DNA of 60,999 nucleotides from Chromera velia (Eukaryota): NCBI GenBank assembly GCA_018398765.1, contig JAHBMJ010000001.1, positions 186,001 to 246,999 of the forward strand, read 5' to 3'. Shown piece by piece: positions 35,964 to 47,705 of this stretch (position 1 is its first letter; each line of letters starts with the position of its first letter). The notes under the pieces were generated by a model. It saw only the letters and a program-made list of their open reading frames with translations, ran no database searches and was not told where the DNA came from. The position numbers and the translations under genes were made by a program.

Positions 35964-38350
35964 TCATCTGCGCAGACCCGCAAACGTGTCCTCGAGCATT
36001 TCAAACAGCTCGTCGGGACCTTGCACCTCTGCGCAGCTCTGCTCCATCTGTGCAGGAGTGATGTTGTGTCTGGAGGTCTGCAACAAAAAGAGATAGAATG
36101 AACTATTTGCAATCGATCGCTGCACCCATCCACGAACCGGCCAACCATCCAACGAGAAGATAGACGAATCAGCGGGTCAGTCGGTACGAAATAAAATGCG
36201 TGTGAGTGAAACGAAAAAAACAGCTATCCTCTCTGCACTTGCTTCGCTATTGTTCAGTTGGGCGCTGTCCCTCTCCCTCTAGCCCAACGAAGAACTCTCA
36301 CAAGATTTAATTTTATCACCTGCGCGGGCGAATGGATGGGGATCGGGGATAATGGGTGAGGGCCGATTTCTGGTGCAGAGGAATTAAAAGAGAACCGTCT
36401 TTGCTACTCTGTTGACGACAAGTCTGGTTCGCTGTATCTTGATGCTTCTGTCTATCTGACTGCCTCTCTACTTCGCCCTGCGCGCAGAAAGAAAGATGCC
36501 AGTTTGTGTCTCTCTTTACGTCTGTCAAAGCTTGATGCATGTGTGTTCATGTGTGGAAGCATTTGCAGACATCAACTGGCTGACTGACTGACAATCTCTG
36601 CACACTTGCGCTCGATCTCCTTAGTCACCTCGACCTGCAGGTAGTGCCCCAGCATGGAAGCCATGGAGCTTCCGCACAGATATCCGAGGTGGAGCCTCTT
36701 GTTGATTCTGCCCGGCCGAATCAGGGCGGGGTCGAGCTTCTCTGGGTGGTTGCTCGTCATCACCAGAATCCGTCTGGGGCTGCGACGCACACGCCGCGCT
36801 CACAAAGAAGGATCGAAGGGCGCAGGAAACAACAAATAAAAGGTAACAACAGGAAGGCAATTCCTCTGGATATCCCCAACGATATCCTCAGGAAGGTAAC
36901 AAAAGGAAGGTCTCCCAACGATACCCAAAAGCTGCGATATGAAGCATTGAGAAATGAAATTATGGAATGCATGGATTTGCGAGCTGAGTTCTTTTCAACT
37001 GTGGGATGCCCAATGGGATGCACTGAGAAACGAACTAGGAAGGTATGCAGATGAACAGGTCAACCTGTTAGTTGCTTCCACCCCTCAATGCACCCTCGCT
37101 GCTGAAGGGCAAGGCAGTGTTTGACAGTCACGGTCAATCTTCTCGAGAGAAAGTCCGCAAAAATGTCTAACAAACAGCTCTGTCCCGTTGAGCTGTCTGA
37201 GATTCGATACAGTACGCTTTCTCCGTTTCTCTTTTTTTTCTTCCGCTGTGTTCCAGAGAGGAGTCATTGCGTTGCTGAAGGAAGGAAGGAAGGAGTGAGT
37301 GACTGACGCGTCAATGACTCCATCAAGAACGTTGAGAAGTCCGGATAGATTCCACTTATCGGGTTGGGGCTCCTCCAGAAGAGCCAAGAGGGGCGTCTTT
37401 CCCTTCCCTTCAGCGCCCCCCGCTTCTCCCTGCTTTTCCTGCAGCTGCTGCAGCAATTGTTCTTTCAATTCCTCAGCCTCTTTCTGGGCCTGTTTGGCTG
37501 CTTCTTCTCTGAGCTCGACCTCCACGAAGCCCTCCTTGTCCTTCTCCTGCTCCTTAGAAGGAACTTTCACGTTCGCGTTCAAACCGAGCTCCGCCATTGC
37601 CTTGTTCATGTCTTCCGAGAGGCTCTTCTGAACACCCCCTGAGACCTGTCTGCAAGAACACTCACGACCGCAGGAGCGAGCACATTGCAGTCAACAGTTC
37701 TCACAGGAAGACAATCGTCTGAATCGAAGATCGACTGGTTCTGTAAACACAGTTGGGGGGCGGTCCTGTAAGAGATGATACACTGAAAGCCAAGCAAGTA
37801 CGAAAGGAAACAAAACTGCTTCCGGTAACTCTCTGAGTGCTCTTGTATCACTTTTCGTCAGCTGACGACAATGTGATAACGCTCTTTCATTTTCTTCTGT
37901 TCCTGCTGTGCCGTGACTCAGGGAAGCCCCCACCGGCTCACACAGACAGACTCCTGCAGTCTGATGCACGCACCGACCCGCTTTCCTTCTCAGTCAGAGA
38001 GATGTTCCTCATCACCCGGTTGCTGAGGACCCTCTCCTCCAGTTTCTCCTCGGCCGCCTCGTCTGCCTGGGCCTCTGCAGCCCCCAGTCTGGAGGGCCGT
38101 CGGGGGGCGGCAGAGGCAGCCGCCTGTCCGTAGCGCTCCTTCGCACCTCTGCAGTGTTGGCATTACATGTGAAGAATTTAATGAGTTGCATCTTCAGAGA
38201 GTTAGTTTCCATCTTCGAATGTTCACGTTCGCACTCACGCACGGCATGATGAAGGACGAGTGTCGTCAGGCAGACGCAGCCACAGACCAAGCATTGAGGG
38301 AGAGGGACACAGCGAGAGAGAAGAGTCAGAAAGAGGTTGAGATAAAGAGG

Positions 38351-38408
<58 letters not shown>

Positions 38409-38773
38409 GAGAGACAGGCAGGTACACAGAGCGAAAAAGACTAAAGCGGGAGAGGCCCTTTTGCACCTCTGTCAAAAGGGAACAGGACCCCCGGGGGGGC
38501 CGGTCGAATAGGGTTCTTCTCTTCACACTGTCATGATAAAATTCAATCCTTCCGATCTGCAAACGAATACATCAGCTTCTTCTTTTATGCAATATTCCTG
38601 CCAGGCAGGCAATTCAGGCTGACTGCCTGCCTACCTGACTGACTGACTAACTAATTGACTGACGCGCGTGCATAGACGACGTCGGAGGCGCAGTCGACGT
38701 CCTCCATGACGAAGATGATGTCCTTGAAGTTCATCTTGATCGGCTCTTCCTGCACACACACACACACACACAC

Positions 38774-38820
<47 letters not shown>

Positions 38821-40331
38821 CAGTCAGACAGACAGACAGACAGACAGACAGACCGTCAGTCAGTCAGTCAGTCAGTCAGTCAGTCAGAAAGGCAGCCAGA
38901 CAAGACAGGCAGACAGACAGGTGCAGGCAGGTGCAGCAGAGAAATTCAGGGAGGGAAACACAGTGGGGGATAGAAGCCATACGCCTGCTGCTGTCAAGCA
39001 CCCGATCGTCCAGACATTTGCTGTGAGTCCTTGATTGACATAAAGGACGAACTGAAATTGGATACTTTCTGATAACTACGTGTAGATTTTCAAACAATAG
39101 AGAGAGAGAGTGGACTGAACGGATGGTATGCAGCAACTGAGCGACTGACCAACCTCAGTGTCCACGGCGAAGACGAGGTCGAACATGATGTCCATAAGTT
39201 CCTGGTTGGTCTTGATCTTCTCAAGAGGAACTGTCACCACGTGTCGCTTGGTGTAGTGGGCGAGGCACTTGATTAACGAAGTTTTGCCGGTGCCTGTAGG
39301 GATGGAAAGACGATGGACAATGGACGGCAAGGGGACACGAAGAGACATTGTCAAGGGCACAAACAGCTGTCTGTGGTGTGAGCTCTGGGGGGGCTCTCTA
39401 GAGTGTTTGCACAGCGAATGCTTGCCAATCCCTGAAAGAAATGAAGATGAAAGAGAAAAGAAAGGCATGCGCCCAACAGAAACCACAGATCGAAAGTCGA
39501 AAGCCCTGTATTTCTGACAGGTTGCGCCCACCCCCCCATCCCGCCTACACCCAACTAACCCACCAACCCACCGGGAGGCCCGTCAAGCAACAGACCCAAC
39601 TTGTCAGGGAAGCCTGCAAGCAGGAGAAAGAAAGATCGGCAGAGGGATCGAAGTGAGGCGCGCTCACTTGCCTTCAATACACAATAGACAGAGTTGATCG
39701 GACACGCAGGAGGCAAAAGAAAAAAGACGTCGGACAAGCAGCCGCGCGCCCTCCGACACGAGTCTTCGCGACAGCGTCTTGTCTGTCCTTCTTTCGAGGC
39801 TGGAAAAGCAGCAACGTGTCTTCCAAGAAATGCCTTACTCAGTGGAATCACAATAATTATGTTGTTTGGGATGCCCACAAATATTCTGCAGAGGACGGTA
39901 AGTGCGCATTGCTTCTCCAGGGGAGAGAGTCAGTCACAAGCAAAGTAAACTGTAGAAAGACAGACCTTCGATCGCAAACTTCCCCTTTTTCTGAGTGAAG
40001 TCATCGATGAGGTTGAGGAGCGCGGTCTTCTCTGGAAAGAAGAGGGACCCGAACGTCTTGGCATCAGACAACACGTACCTGCATGCATGCATAAACAAAC
40101 AAATCAGATTCATGGAGCACAAAGGGGTCCTTGGGCGGTAACGTCGTGTGGTACGTTCGGACGTTCAGCGCTCAGCAAATGCGGGAGCTCAAGAGAGAGG
40201 GAGGCAGCAAAGCGGAGAGTTACTGGCCCATAGCGTGAAAAAGCCATAAGACACGTGGGAACAGACAGAGAGGCAGACAGACAGACAGACAGACAGAGAG
40301 ACAGACAAACAGATAGACTGACAGACAGACT

Positions 40332-40367
<36 letters not shown>

Positions 40368-42602
40368 CAGGCACGCAGACAGACAGGGTGAAACAGGGCG
40401 AGAAAGGACAGATGCTCACCTTTTGTAAGGCCGGGCTTGAATCTTTCCAGCCTCCTCATTGTCGTCTTCCTTGGTCGTCTTTTTTTTCTGGACCAGCATC
40501 TGGTAGAGGTATCTGCCGACAGTGACGCACGCACGCACACGGGAGAATTTTTCGAGCGAGTTCAATCTGAACCTTTCAGCCATTGAGCTCCTTGCATGCG
40601 ATTCAAGTGGCAGTAACCTCCCCCCTGCCCCCCTCAAAACACTCAGACCGACCTGCTGGTGTCGATTTCCGCGGCCTTCATCTCTTTGTACCACGAGAAG
40701 GCCCCCCCGATGAAGGCGTCCACGTTCGCCTTTGCGTTCCCTCCAGAAGCCTTCAACTGATAGACCTTCCTTTTCACCTGCAGTGGCAGTGCATGCATGC
40801 CGTCATCATAAGATGAGATAGACTCACGGAGAGAGCGAAAGAAAAATAGTGCACGTGGATGCAGAAACCGAGATGAAACAACAGACATGCACTTTTAGTG
40901 GTCCCCAGCACAACAGCGGGGTAAATGAAAGGGGAGGTGCAGACTGCGACGAAGAGTAAGAAAGAAGAAATGTGAAGAAAGACTTCGATCAGGGGAGACG
41001 GATGTGTGTGTTCATGTCTAAACGAAACGCCGCAGACAGTCTACAGGGCACGGATCGGTGCACGACACTGCTTGACCACTCCGGGCCCACCCAGTGACGA
41101 AGTACGCGGCTATTTTTGTTTTGTCATTTCCCTAAAAGTGTACAAACAAGCTGAAGATTCTTTCACTTACTAAGCGCCCTCTCCGTATGAGTCTTTGAAC
41201 ACGCATGCGAGATTTTGTGTACATGTGAACTGATCAGGCATAAATTGGATTGGCGTACCGTCTGCACGTTGTTGCCTCCTCCCTCTTCCTTCGATTCCAT
41301 ATACTGCTTGAACCAGATGCCTCTCTTCTTGTCAATCAAAACCCAGGCGTCCTCTGTGGGCAGACGGTTGATCACATACGCTGCGAGCTGCTTGGCCGAG
41401 CCGCTGAAAATGGAGCCTCCCCAATTGTTCGTCTCGTTCGCCATGGCCTTCATCTGCACGAGACTGCACTCCGCAGAGAAAAAACTCGGCTTCAAGGTCT
41501 CCTGAATGTACAGCCTGATGGACTTCTGTAAGATGTTGTTGCGGTCTGCACCCGTCTCATCGTCGTTGTTTCCTCCCCAGTACCATCTGCTCCCTCTGCA
41601 GGACTCAATCAAGCCACAAAGGCAGTCATGCATACATGCATCAGAGAGAAAAAATGAATGAATATTTCTTTACGGCGTTCTCGACCAACACACATTTTTC
41701 TTCCACAAACAGGAGTCTCCAAATTGAACGAGCAACCGCAAAAGTCCCCCTCCCTCTTCGCTGCTCGTTGGAACGAAAGCCTTCGCAGAAAAAGGAATTG
41801 CTTTCTTTGTAGAGAGAGGGAGAAGAAGCTTTTCGAAAGACTGCAGGCATTCATTCTGCGCACTGACCCGGTCTGATAGGAGATCGTTCGGACGTAGCTG
41901 CCCCCCCAAGGCTTGAAGTACTTCTTCAGAAACGTAAGAATCGCTTCAGAGTGGTTTCCTCGGAACACGACCTGCAGGTATGAGTACTCAAGTTGCAGAG
42001 GAATGAAACAAACACAAATTCATAAATTCCCACATCATGGCATTTCGTGAGGTATTTTGCAATTAAGTATGCGTATCTTTAGATTTTGGTGGGATGGACA
42101 AGCAGAAGGTTAGTTGCGAATGGGTCGATCAATCTGGAGTGGGAGTGAGGATGGAAATTTGTGAGCCTACTCAGTCTTTCTGTGAGGCTTTGACCGGCTC
42201 GGAGCAACAAGCAGGGGAAGGGAGAATGAAGGGAAGAATAGAATAGAACTTCCAAGCTCATTCCCTCCCCCCGCCCCCCGAAACACGGACCTGGATGATC
42301 AGCCGGATCAGCATGCAGATCATCACCTGCACCCACCACACAAGAAGCAAGAAGGACCAGGGTGAAATAGAGAAAAAAAACCGTCTGTGCGTGGTCTTCA
42401 CGAGGGAAGCGGACTGAGGGAGACTTGCTCGCAGACTCCTGGGACGTGCACGCATGCAGACTGATGCATTCTTCCCGACGTATAAACGCACATCAAAGAT
42501 GAATCAGATGTTGCCGGTCCGAAACGCGTTGAGCATTCCCACGTTCAGGCTGTGGTCGATGTTGGACATCAGGTTCCCGTTGAAGATCGAGTTGCCGCTC
42601 AT
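35964..42602 (-). CDS. BCS1-like AAA+ ATPase, 14 exons, about 650-670 aa
   Basis: Exons: 42492 (or 42543)-42602, 42291-42326, 41868-41971, 41259-41595, 40653-40777, 40420-40512, 39966-40078, 39572-39613, 39154-39293, 38664-38749, 37978-38148, 37308-37649, 36593-36779, 35964-36077. Intron phases are consistent. Motifs: GLLLDGPP/GTGKTS (Walker A, split by an intron), FVMEDVD (Walker B), NLSGLLNVLDG, and MTSNHPEKLDPALIRPGRI (second region of homology), as in the BCS1 family. N-terminal hydrophobic segment VMICMLIRLIIQVVF. The first exon is uncertain because of an in-frame TGA (see findings). Confidence 0.85.
38753..38890. repeat. Compound (CA)n(GA)n(GACA)n(CAGT)n intronic microsatellite
   Basis: Read directly. 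Similar tracts occur at 38353-38415 and 40262-40385. Confidence 0.85.
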
Positions 42603-43362
42603 GGTGACAATTAAAGGAGAGGCGACTGCTTGGGTCTTTGCCAAGGCGGAGTTTCTCTTTCAATGTGGAGTGAATGCGTACGTGTTTCAGCTGTCACTCA
42701 GCGCGGCAGTCACGCCTGCATGGGATCGGTAGCTCCAGTATATATATATACAATCGTCGATGTATCTTTTTCTTGCCGGTAGGTCTGACTGATAGAGAAC
42801 CTCACGCAGTGAATACTAGGAAACCTGACTCGCCACACATGCATTCACAGGTGAGACATGCATGGAGAGAGACTCAGGTCAGACTCTCTTTATATAGTGT
42901 CTCTCCGGTCCTCAGGTCAGGCAGTTCAAGCCGCAGTTGATGGGTGAATGCGCTTCATAGTGGGTTCGGTCAAACCACCTTCTTCGTCTAAACCCTGTAT
43001 ATATATATAGGCGGCATATAATAGGCCCATGCAATGATGCAGGCTTCTCGGGCTACGCCATGGCTATACGCCACAAATGGTCGAGAATTAACAAATCCCG
43101 GCCCTACTTTAATCTGGTCAAATGATGATCGCGAGGGCCGGGTTTTGCATGCATGCCATTGCATGCCGCGCGTATATATATATATATATATACCTCGATC
43201 CATGTAAATATTGTTGTTTCATCATGTGCCATCTGACACTGCATGTTGTTCCGTTATATTCCGTGTAGTTCCCCCATTTGAAACCCACGGTAATTAAATT
43301 AAGATCGGGTGCATTTGGTTGTGCGTTTCCTACGAGTGTCCTTGCTTCGGTGTTCAGGGGAG
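42603..43362. promoter_or_regulatory. Putative bidirectional promoter between the BCS1-like and RelA/SpoT-like genes
   Basis: The two genes are divergent. (TA)n tracts at about 42738, 42998 and 43173; TGCATGCATGC at about 43146; GGCCC boxes. Confidence 0.4.
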
Positions 43363-43555
43363 ATGCTGTTTTCTTCTGTGGGGGGGGTTCCCCTGATCTC
43401 TCTCTGGTGTCTCGCAGTCACTGTGTTGGGTTACAATTAAGAGTTACCCTTCAGAGCGAGACGCCTATCTTTCAAATTTTGAAGGAACACGAACGGACAC
43501 AAGCTTTGCACATTTTTTCATCCCGGACCAGACCAACTCAGATGGGGTCCCTCTT

Positions 43556-44614
43556 GTGGACTTCGACTGGGCAGAAGAACGATACAAACTCGTGAAGGTC
43601 ATTGGTACAGTAGTTCCGTCTCCGAGTCGGACCCCCGAGTCCAACGCTTGGACAAACACAGCCACATCTCCGAAACAACTTGCTTTAGATGCTCAAGCGC
43701 ACAAAGCAAGCTTTCTGTCATTTGTTAAAAATATCATGGCAAGTGTGGAGGGAGCCTTCTTTACTGCAGGACCTGATGACCAGTTTGTTGCCAAGGGGTT
43801 GAGTTCGATTGAGAACAAGATACGGAGAATGATCCGAGATGGTGTTCCTGCGGGTGAGGCTACCTCGTTAGTGAATGACCCTCTCCGTGGGTCAATTATC
43901 GTCCATGACACGTCGAAGCTTCATTCTGTGATTGCCGAAGTGAAGGAAGCATTCAAGAAAGCAAACGGAGAGATCGTCTTCATCAACAAATTCATGAGGG
44001 AGACGCCGACAGGGTATGTCGGTATTCACGCCAAGTCTTACTTTGTCTCTGGTTCCGTCCGTTTGTTGAATGAACTGCAGTTTCATTTTGACAGTATTTT
44101 TGACGGAACTGATGAGTGTCCAAAGCAGGACTCTCACGAAATCTATGAGATGACCCGATCGACAAATACCACAGAACACACTCTAGAGATGGGCAACCCC
44201 GCACAGAAGGTTTTGTTCAGCTTTGGGATGCATCGTGTGAATGGAATCGATGCCGCTAACGGCCTGACCACCCCAGCGTCTGGGCCAGAAAGTGATTCTG
44301 AAGGTTCAGATGCACTGATTGCTGCCAGTGGGGGGCGGGAATCGGATGGAGCAGAGCTGATACAGTCAAACCCCAGGAGTGCGATGAGAGGGAAGTCCCG
44401 GAAACAGGCAAAGATGCCATATCAATATGAGTTCGTGACGGGTGCTATATACAGGCATACAGGTCATCGTGTGTGGCGGCTTCATCGGGGCACTAGCGAA
44501 GTCCAGTGGGATATTCTTAGAGGACATGAGGCTGCTGCAGCCTTCTACAGAATGGATAACGATGGAATCCCTATGAAGGAAGAGGAAGTGAGGAGGGCAA
44601 TCGAGCAGATGTGA
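43556..44614 (+). CDS. RelA/SpoT-type nucleotidyltransferase (small alarmone synthetase-like), intronless core; true start uncertain
   Basis: Ordered motifs resemble RSH synthetase Syn1-Syn4: AKGLSSIENK, NDPLRGSIIV, NKF...TGYVGIH, NELQFH, followed by PK..SHEIYE..R. The frame is open from 43397 and the first in-frame ATG is at 43736 (292 aa); the ORF-track start at 43556 is a GTG. No HD hydrolase, TGS or ACT domain is visible. Confidence 0.72.
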   Translation: MDFDWAEERYKLVKVIGTVVPSPSRTPESNAWTNTATSPKQLALDAQAHKASFLSFVKNIMASVEGAFFTAGPDDQFVAKGLSSIENKIRRMIRDGVPAGEATSLVNDPLRGSIIVHDTSKLHSVIAEVKEAFKKANGEIVFINKFMRETPTGYVGIHAKSYFVSGSVRLLNELQFHFDSIFDGTDECPKQDSHEIYEMTRSTNTTEHTLEMGNPAQKVLFSFGMHRVNGIDAANGLTTPASGPESDSEGSDALIAASGGRESDGAELIQSNPRSAMRGKSRKQAKMPYQYEFVTGAIYRHTGHRVWRLHRGTSEVQWDILRGHEAAAAFYRMDNDGIPMKEEEVRRAIEQM

Positions 44615-44724
44615 AATGCTCCCTTTTCTGTGTTTCCTCTCATAGATTTCGATTTGTACTCTTAACAGAAGTCGCGTCGCTGATGTCACTCATTCTGACT
44701 TAAACTTACGACACCAGTCCCCTT

Positions 44725-45265
44725 ACCCTTCTTTTCTCCCTCCCTTCTTTCCCCCGTCCCTTCTTTCTTTCCTTGCTTCTTTCCTCCTTTCCTTGCTGTC
44801 TTCTTTCCTTCCGTCCTGCGTCCGTCCGTTCCGCTTCCTTCCTTCCCTTCCTTCCTTCATTCAATCACTCATTCATTCATTCATTCGTTCACTCATTCCT
44901 TCATTCTGTTTCTTCCTTCTCTTTCTTCCTTTCTTCCTTCTTTCCTCCTTTCTTTCTTCCTTCCCTTCCTTTCCTTCCTGTTTTCCTTCTTTCCTTCCTT
45001 CCTTTCTTTTCCTTCCTTCCTCCCTCTCTTCCCTCGTTCCCTTCTTTCCTTCCTTTCTTTTCCTTGAAGTTCCTTCCTCCAGCTCGTCGTTGGTTCCCTT
45101 CCTTCTCTCCTTAATTCCTGCATTCTTTCTTTCTTTTCCTCCCTGTATTATTCCTTCCACCATTGCTTCCTAGTTTTCTTTCTTCATCTCTTCCTCCCTC
45201 CCTTCTCTCGTTCCTGCCCTTCTGTTACCTTCTATCCTTCTTTTGTTTCGTTTCTTTCTTTTCTT
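44725..45265. repeat. CT-rich low-complexity tract, (CCTT)n/(TCAT)n
   Basis: Pyrimidine-rich imperfect tetranucleotide repeats. The ORFs here are artefacts. Confidence 0.9.
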
Positions 45266-45493
45266 TGGTACGTATAAAGCGCCTAATATACTGCGTGTAC
45301 GTCTAAAACTCTACGTGTGCGTGTGGATATTTGTTTTAAGATGGTTTTACTTCTTTACTCAATCGAACTCACTCGTACTACTACACTCAGTCCCATCTCA
45401 CACAGTCACATATAGTCATACATTTAGTTACACTGGTCTGTTGAATAGAAGATTAAATAGAAATAAATTTACTAGTAAATTTTTTACCGCCTA

Positions 45494-46995
45494 CCCTATA
45501 AAACTTTTACTAAATATGACTAAATATGAATAAATATTATAATAATTTGAAAATATGACACAAATATGAGTAAAATATGAATAATTTTTTTTTATAAACT
45601 ATAAAGCGTGCAGAGCTAAAAAGTGGTTTGTATGGTTCAGTTTTGATCAGAAAACACGTTTAGCTACCCAGATTGGTCGTATATAATATAAAAAAAATTT
45701 AGAGCATGATAAATTTTTTAGTGAATCAACTCGTGAATGTTCATTCACTATTTTTTTCTTAAGTAATTTTTCATAACTAAATTATGACTAAATATGACTG
45801 AACTTAAAATATTTTTTTAAGCATATTTTTAGATAAAAGATGCCAAATGAGTCTGTTAACTACCATCTCTAACGAGAGAAGTATTTTATAATTTTTTTGA
45901 AAATGGCATACTCCTTATATGTGCAAACATATAAACATATAAAGAAATATATATGTATATGTTGGGCCTGCCCGTCGCGCGACCAGGACCGGGGTGCGCG
46001 CGTGAGCGCGGCGCTAGCTTCCCACGAATGCGCGGGGCTGATCAGGGCCCGCTGCACGCAGTGTTCTATGTAGCGTATACAGTGAAAGACCCTGGCATAC
46101 ATGATCCAAGGCCACTCATGCAAACAAAGATATATGCAGACGTACAGATTCGTACAGATGAAAGAACTGTATCACAGGGTGTTGGTGCTTTTGTGTCAAT
46201 CCACCAGGACAGGGCAAATGGACAGTAGGATCATCTTTTTATAGTGCTGTCTCTTCGTTTTGTGCCACCTAGTAGGAGCTTCAGAAGCGACTGCATCGAC
46301 CAGGATATCAACATGTGCGAACTGAGATTTGGAAAGGTCAGTGACAACTGAGGTGATGGATGGATGGAGTAAGTGAGGGATCGATGGATGCATGGATAGA
46401 ATGATGAAGTGAAGAAGGATGGATGAGTAGATGGAGTGAGAGAGTGACTGAGGGATGGATGGATGGATGGATGGAGTGAGAGAGTGGCTGAGGGATGGAT
46501 GCATGGATGATGGAGCTTCAAAATAAGATAGAATTTCATAAAAATGATATTATTTACTCAATATTTTATTTTATATGCTCTAAGTTGGTGCGCTAGATGA
46601 ATTAAAAGTTCCAGTCTTCATAAATTGCCCCAGAAACGTCCTAAAACATATAATTCTTTCATAAAAAAATGGTTTTTAAAATATGATAAAATATAACTAA
46701 ATATGAGGGAAATTATTGACAAAATTCACTAGAAAAAAAAATATGACTAAAATATGACTATTCACTAGTTTTTTTTCATCATTTTTTTTCTCGTAGAATA
46801 TATTGATTGAATGAATGGGAGTCAGTTCATTCAACTTATGAGTGTTTGTAGACTTATGTAGCATTTTTTGTTTGTCCGTGTACAATATATAGAAAAAAAT
46901 ATAAACTCATAAAAAAAAAGTAAAATATGACTAAAATATGAATTTTTTGTAATATTTTATAATATTTAGTCATATTTACTAAAAGTTTTACAGGG
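45494..46995. mobile_element. Non-autonomous TIR DNA transposon (MITE-like, TA target; Tc1/mariner-like)
   Basis: Left end TA|CCCTATAAAACTTTTACTAAATATGACTAAATAT; right end ATATTTAGTCATATTTACTAAAAGTTTTACAGGG|TA. This is an inverted repeat of about 34 bp with 2 mismatches. AT-rich subterminal arms carry many AAATATGA(C/A)T motifs. No transposase ORF. Confidence 0.8.
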
Positions 46996-47705
46996 TAGGG
47001 CTAGGCTTAGGGATATTCCTGACACTACATGCCACTTAAATTTTATGATTAATTTTATGTTGCTCTCGCGAATGGTTTTTCTGCGCGCCACAGGCGCGTA
47101 CTATAAGTCATTATATCTTACTATATCTTGAAACTCTGGTAAACGTTGTGTTGCAGGAATTGCCGTAGGCGCCGACAGTGTTTTGAAAGTGCAAGCCACA
47201 TAAAGCTGCAGATGCGGATTAATTCTTAAAAGAAAAAGTCGCATTCATAAATGAACTTGAACGTTTTTCTTTCAAGTCGCTGGTAGTGTCAGGGAGGTAG
47301 TACTCCGAGGTACGCTTAGGCTGCAAGTTGTCAGGAAGTGATTGATGATTGAGGAAGTTGAAGAAAGTTAGGGATCTGAAGGAATGTGCTAAAAGTGCTC
47401 TGCGCCCTTTGGCTTCCCGCGCGCCCCCGCCCCCGCGGTCCTTTCGATCGCGGCTCCGGCCCGGGCCGCGCGCGCCGCTTTGCATGGGCAACTTTGCGAC
47501 AGTCGGAATATACAGTCGGATGACAGTCGGTCGGGATCAGCTCCTGCCATGCTCCAGCCGCAAATAGCCACAAACTTTAGCGTGTGAGTGTTGTTCGTAT
47601 GTTGTTCGTCTCCCGAACTCCCCAGTGATGGCAATGAGTGTCCCCTGTGCAGAAGAGAAAGAGCCTGAAACTGTGTTAGACAAAATGTAAAAGAATCCCC
47701 GGAGA

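Noticed and set aside
38326..38562. Possible extra exon of the BCS1-like gene
   Set aside because: Exon 38664-38749 splices in frame directly to 37978-38148, and I found no convincing donor for this segment.
42504..42506. UGA=Trp nuclear genetic code
   Set aside because: Other genes in the window use TGG for Trp and end in TGA (for example at 34295, 35964, 44614 and 55439).
44773..45173. Phe/Leu/Ser/Pro-rich and Lys/Glu/Arg-rich ORFs
   Set aside because: Translation of a CT-rich microsatellite.
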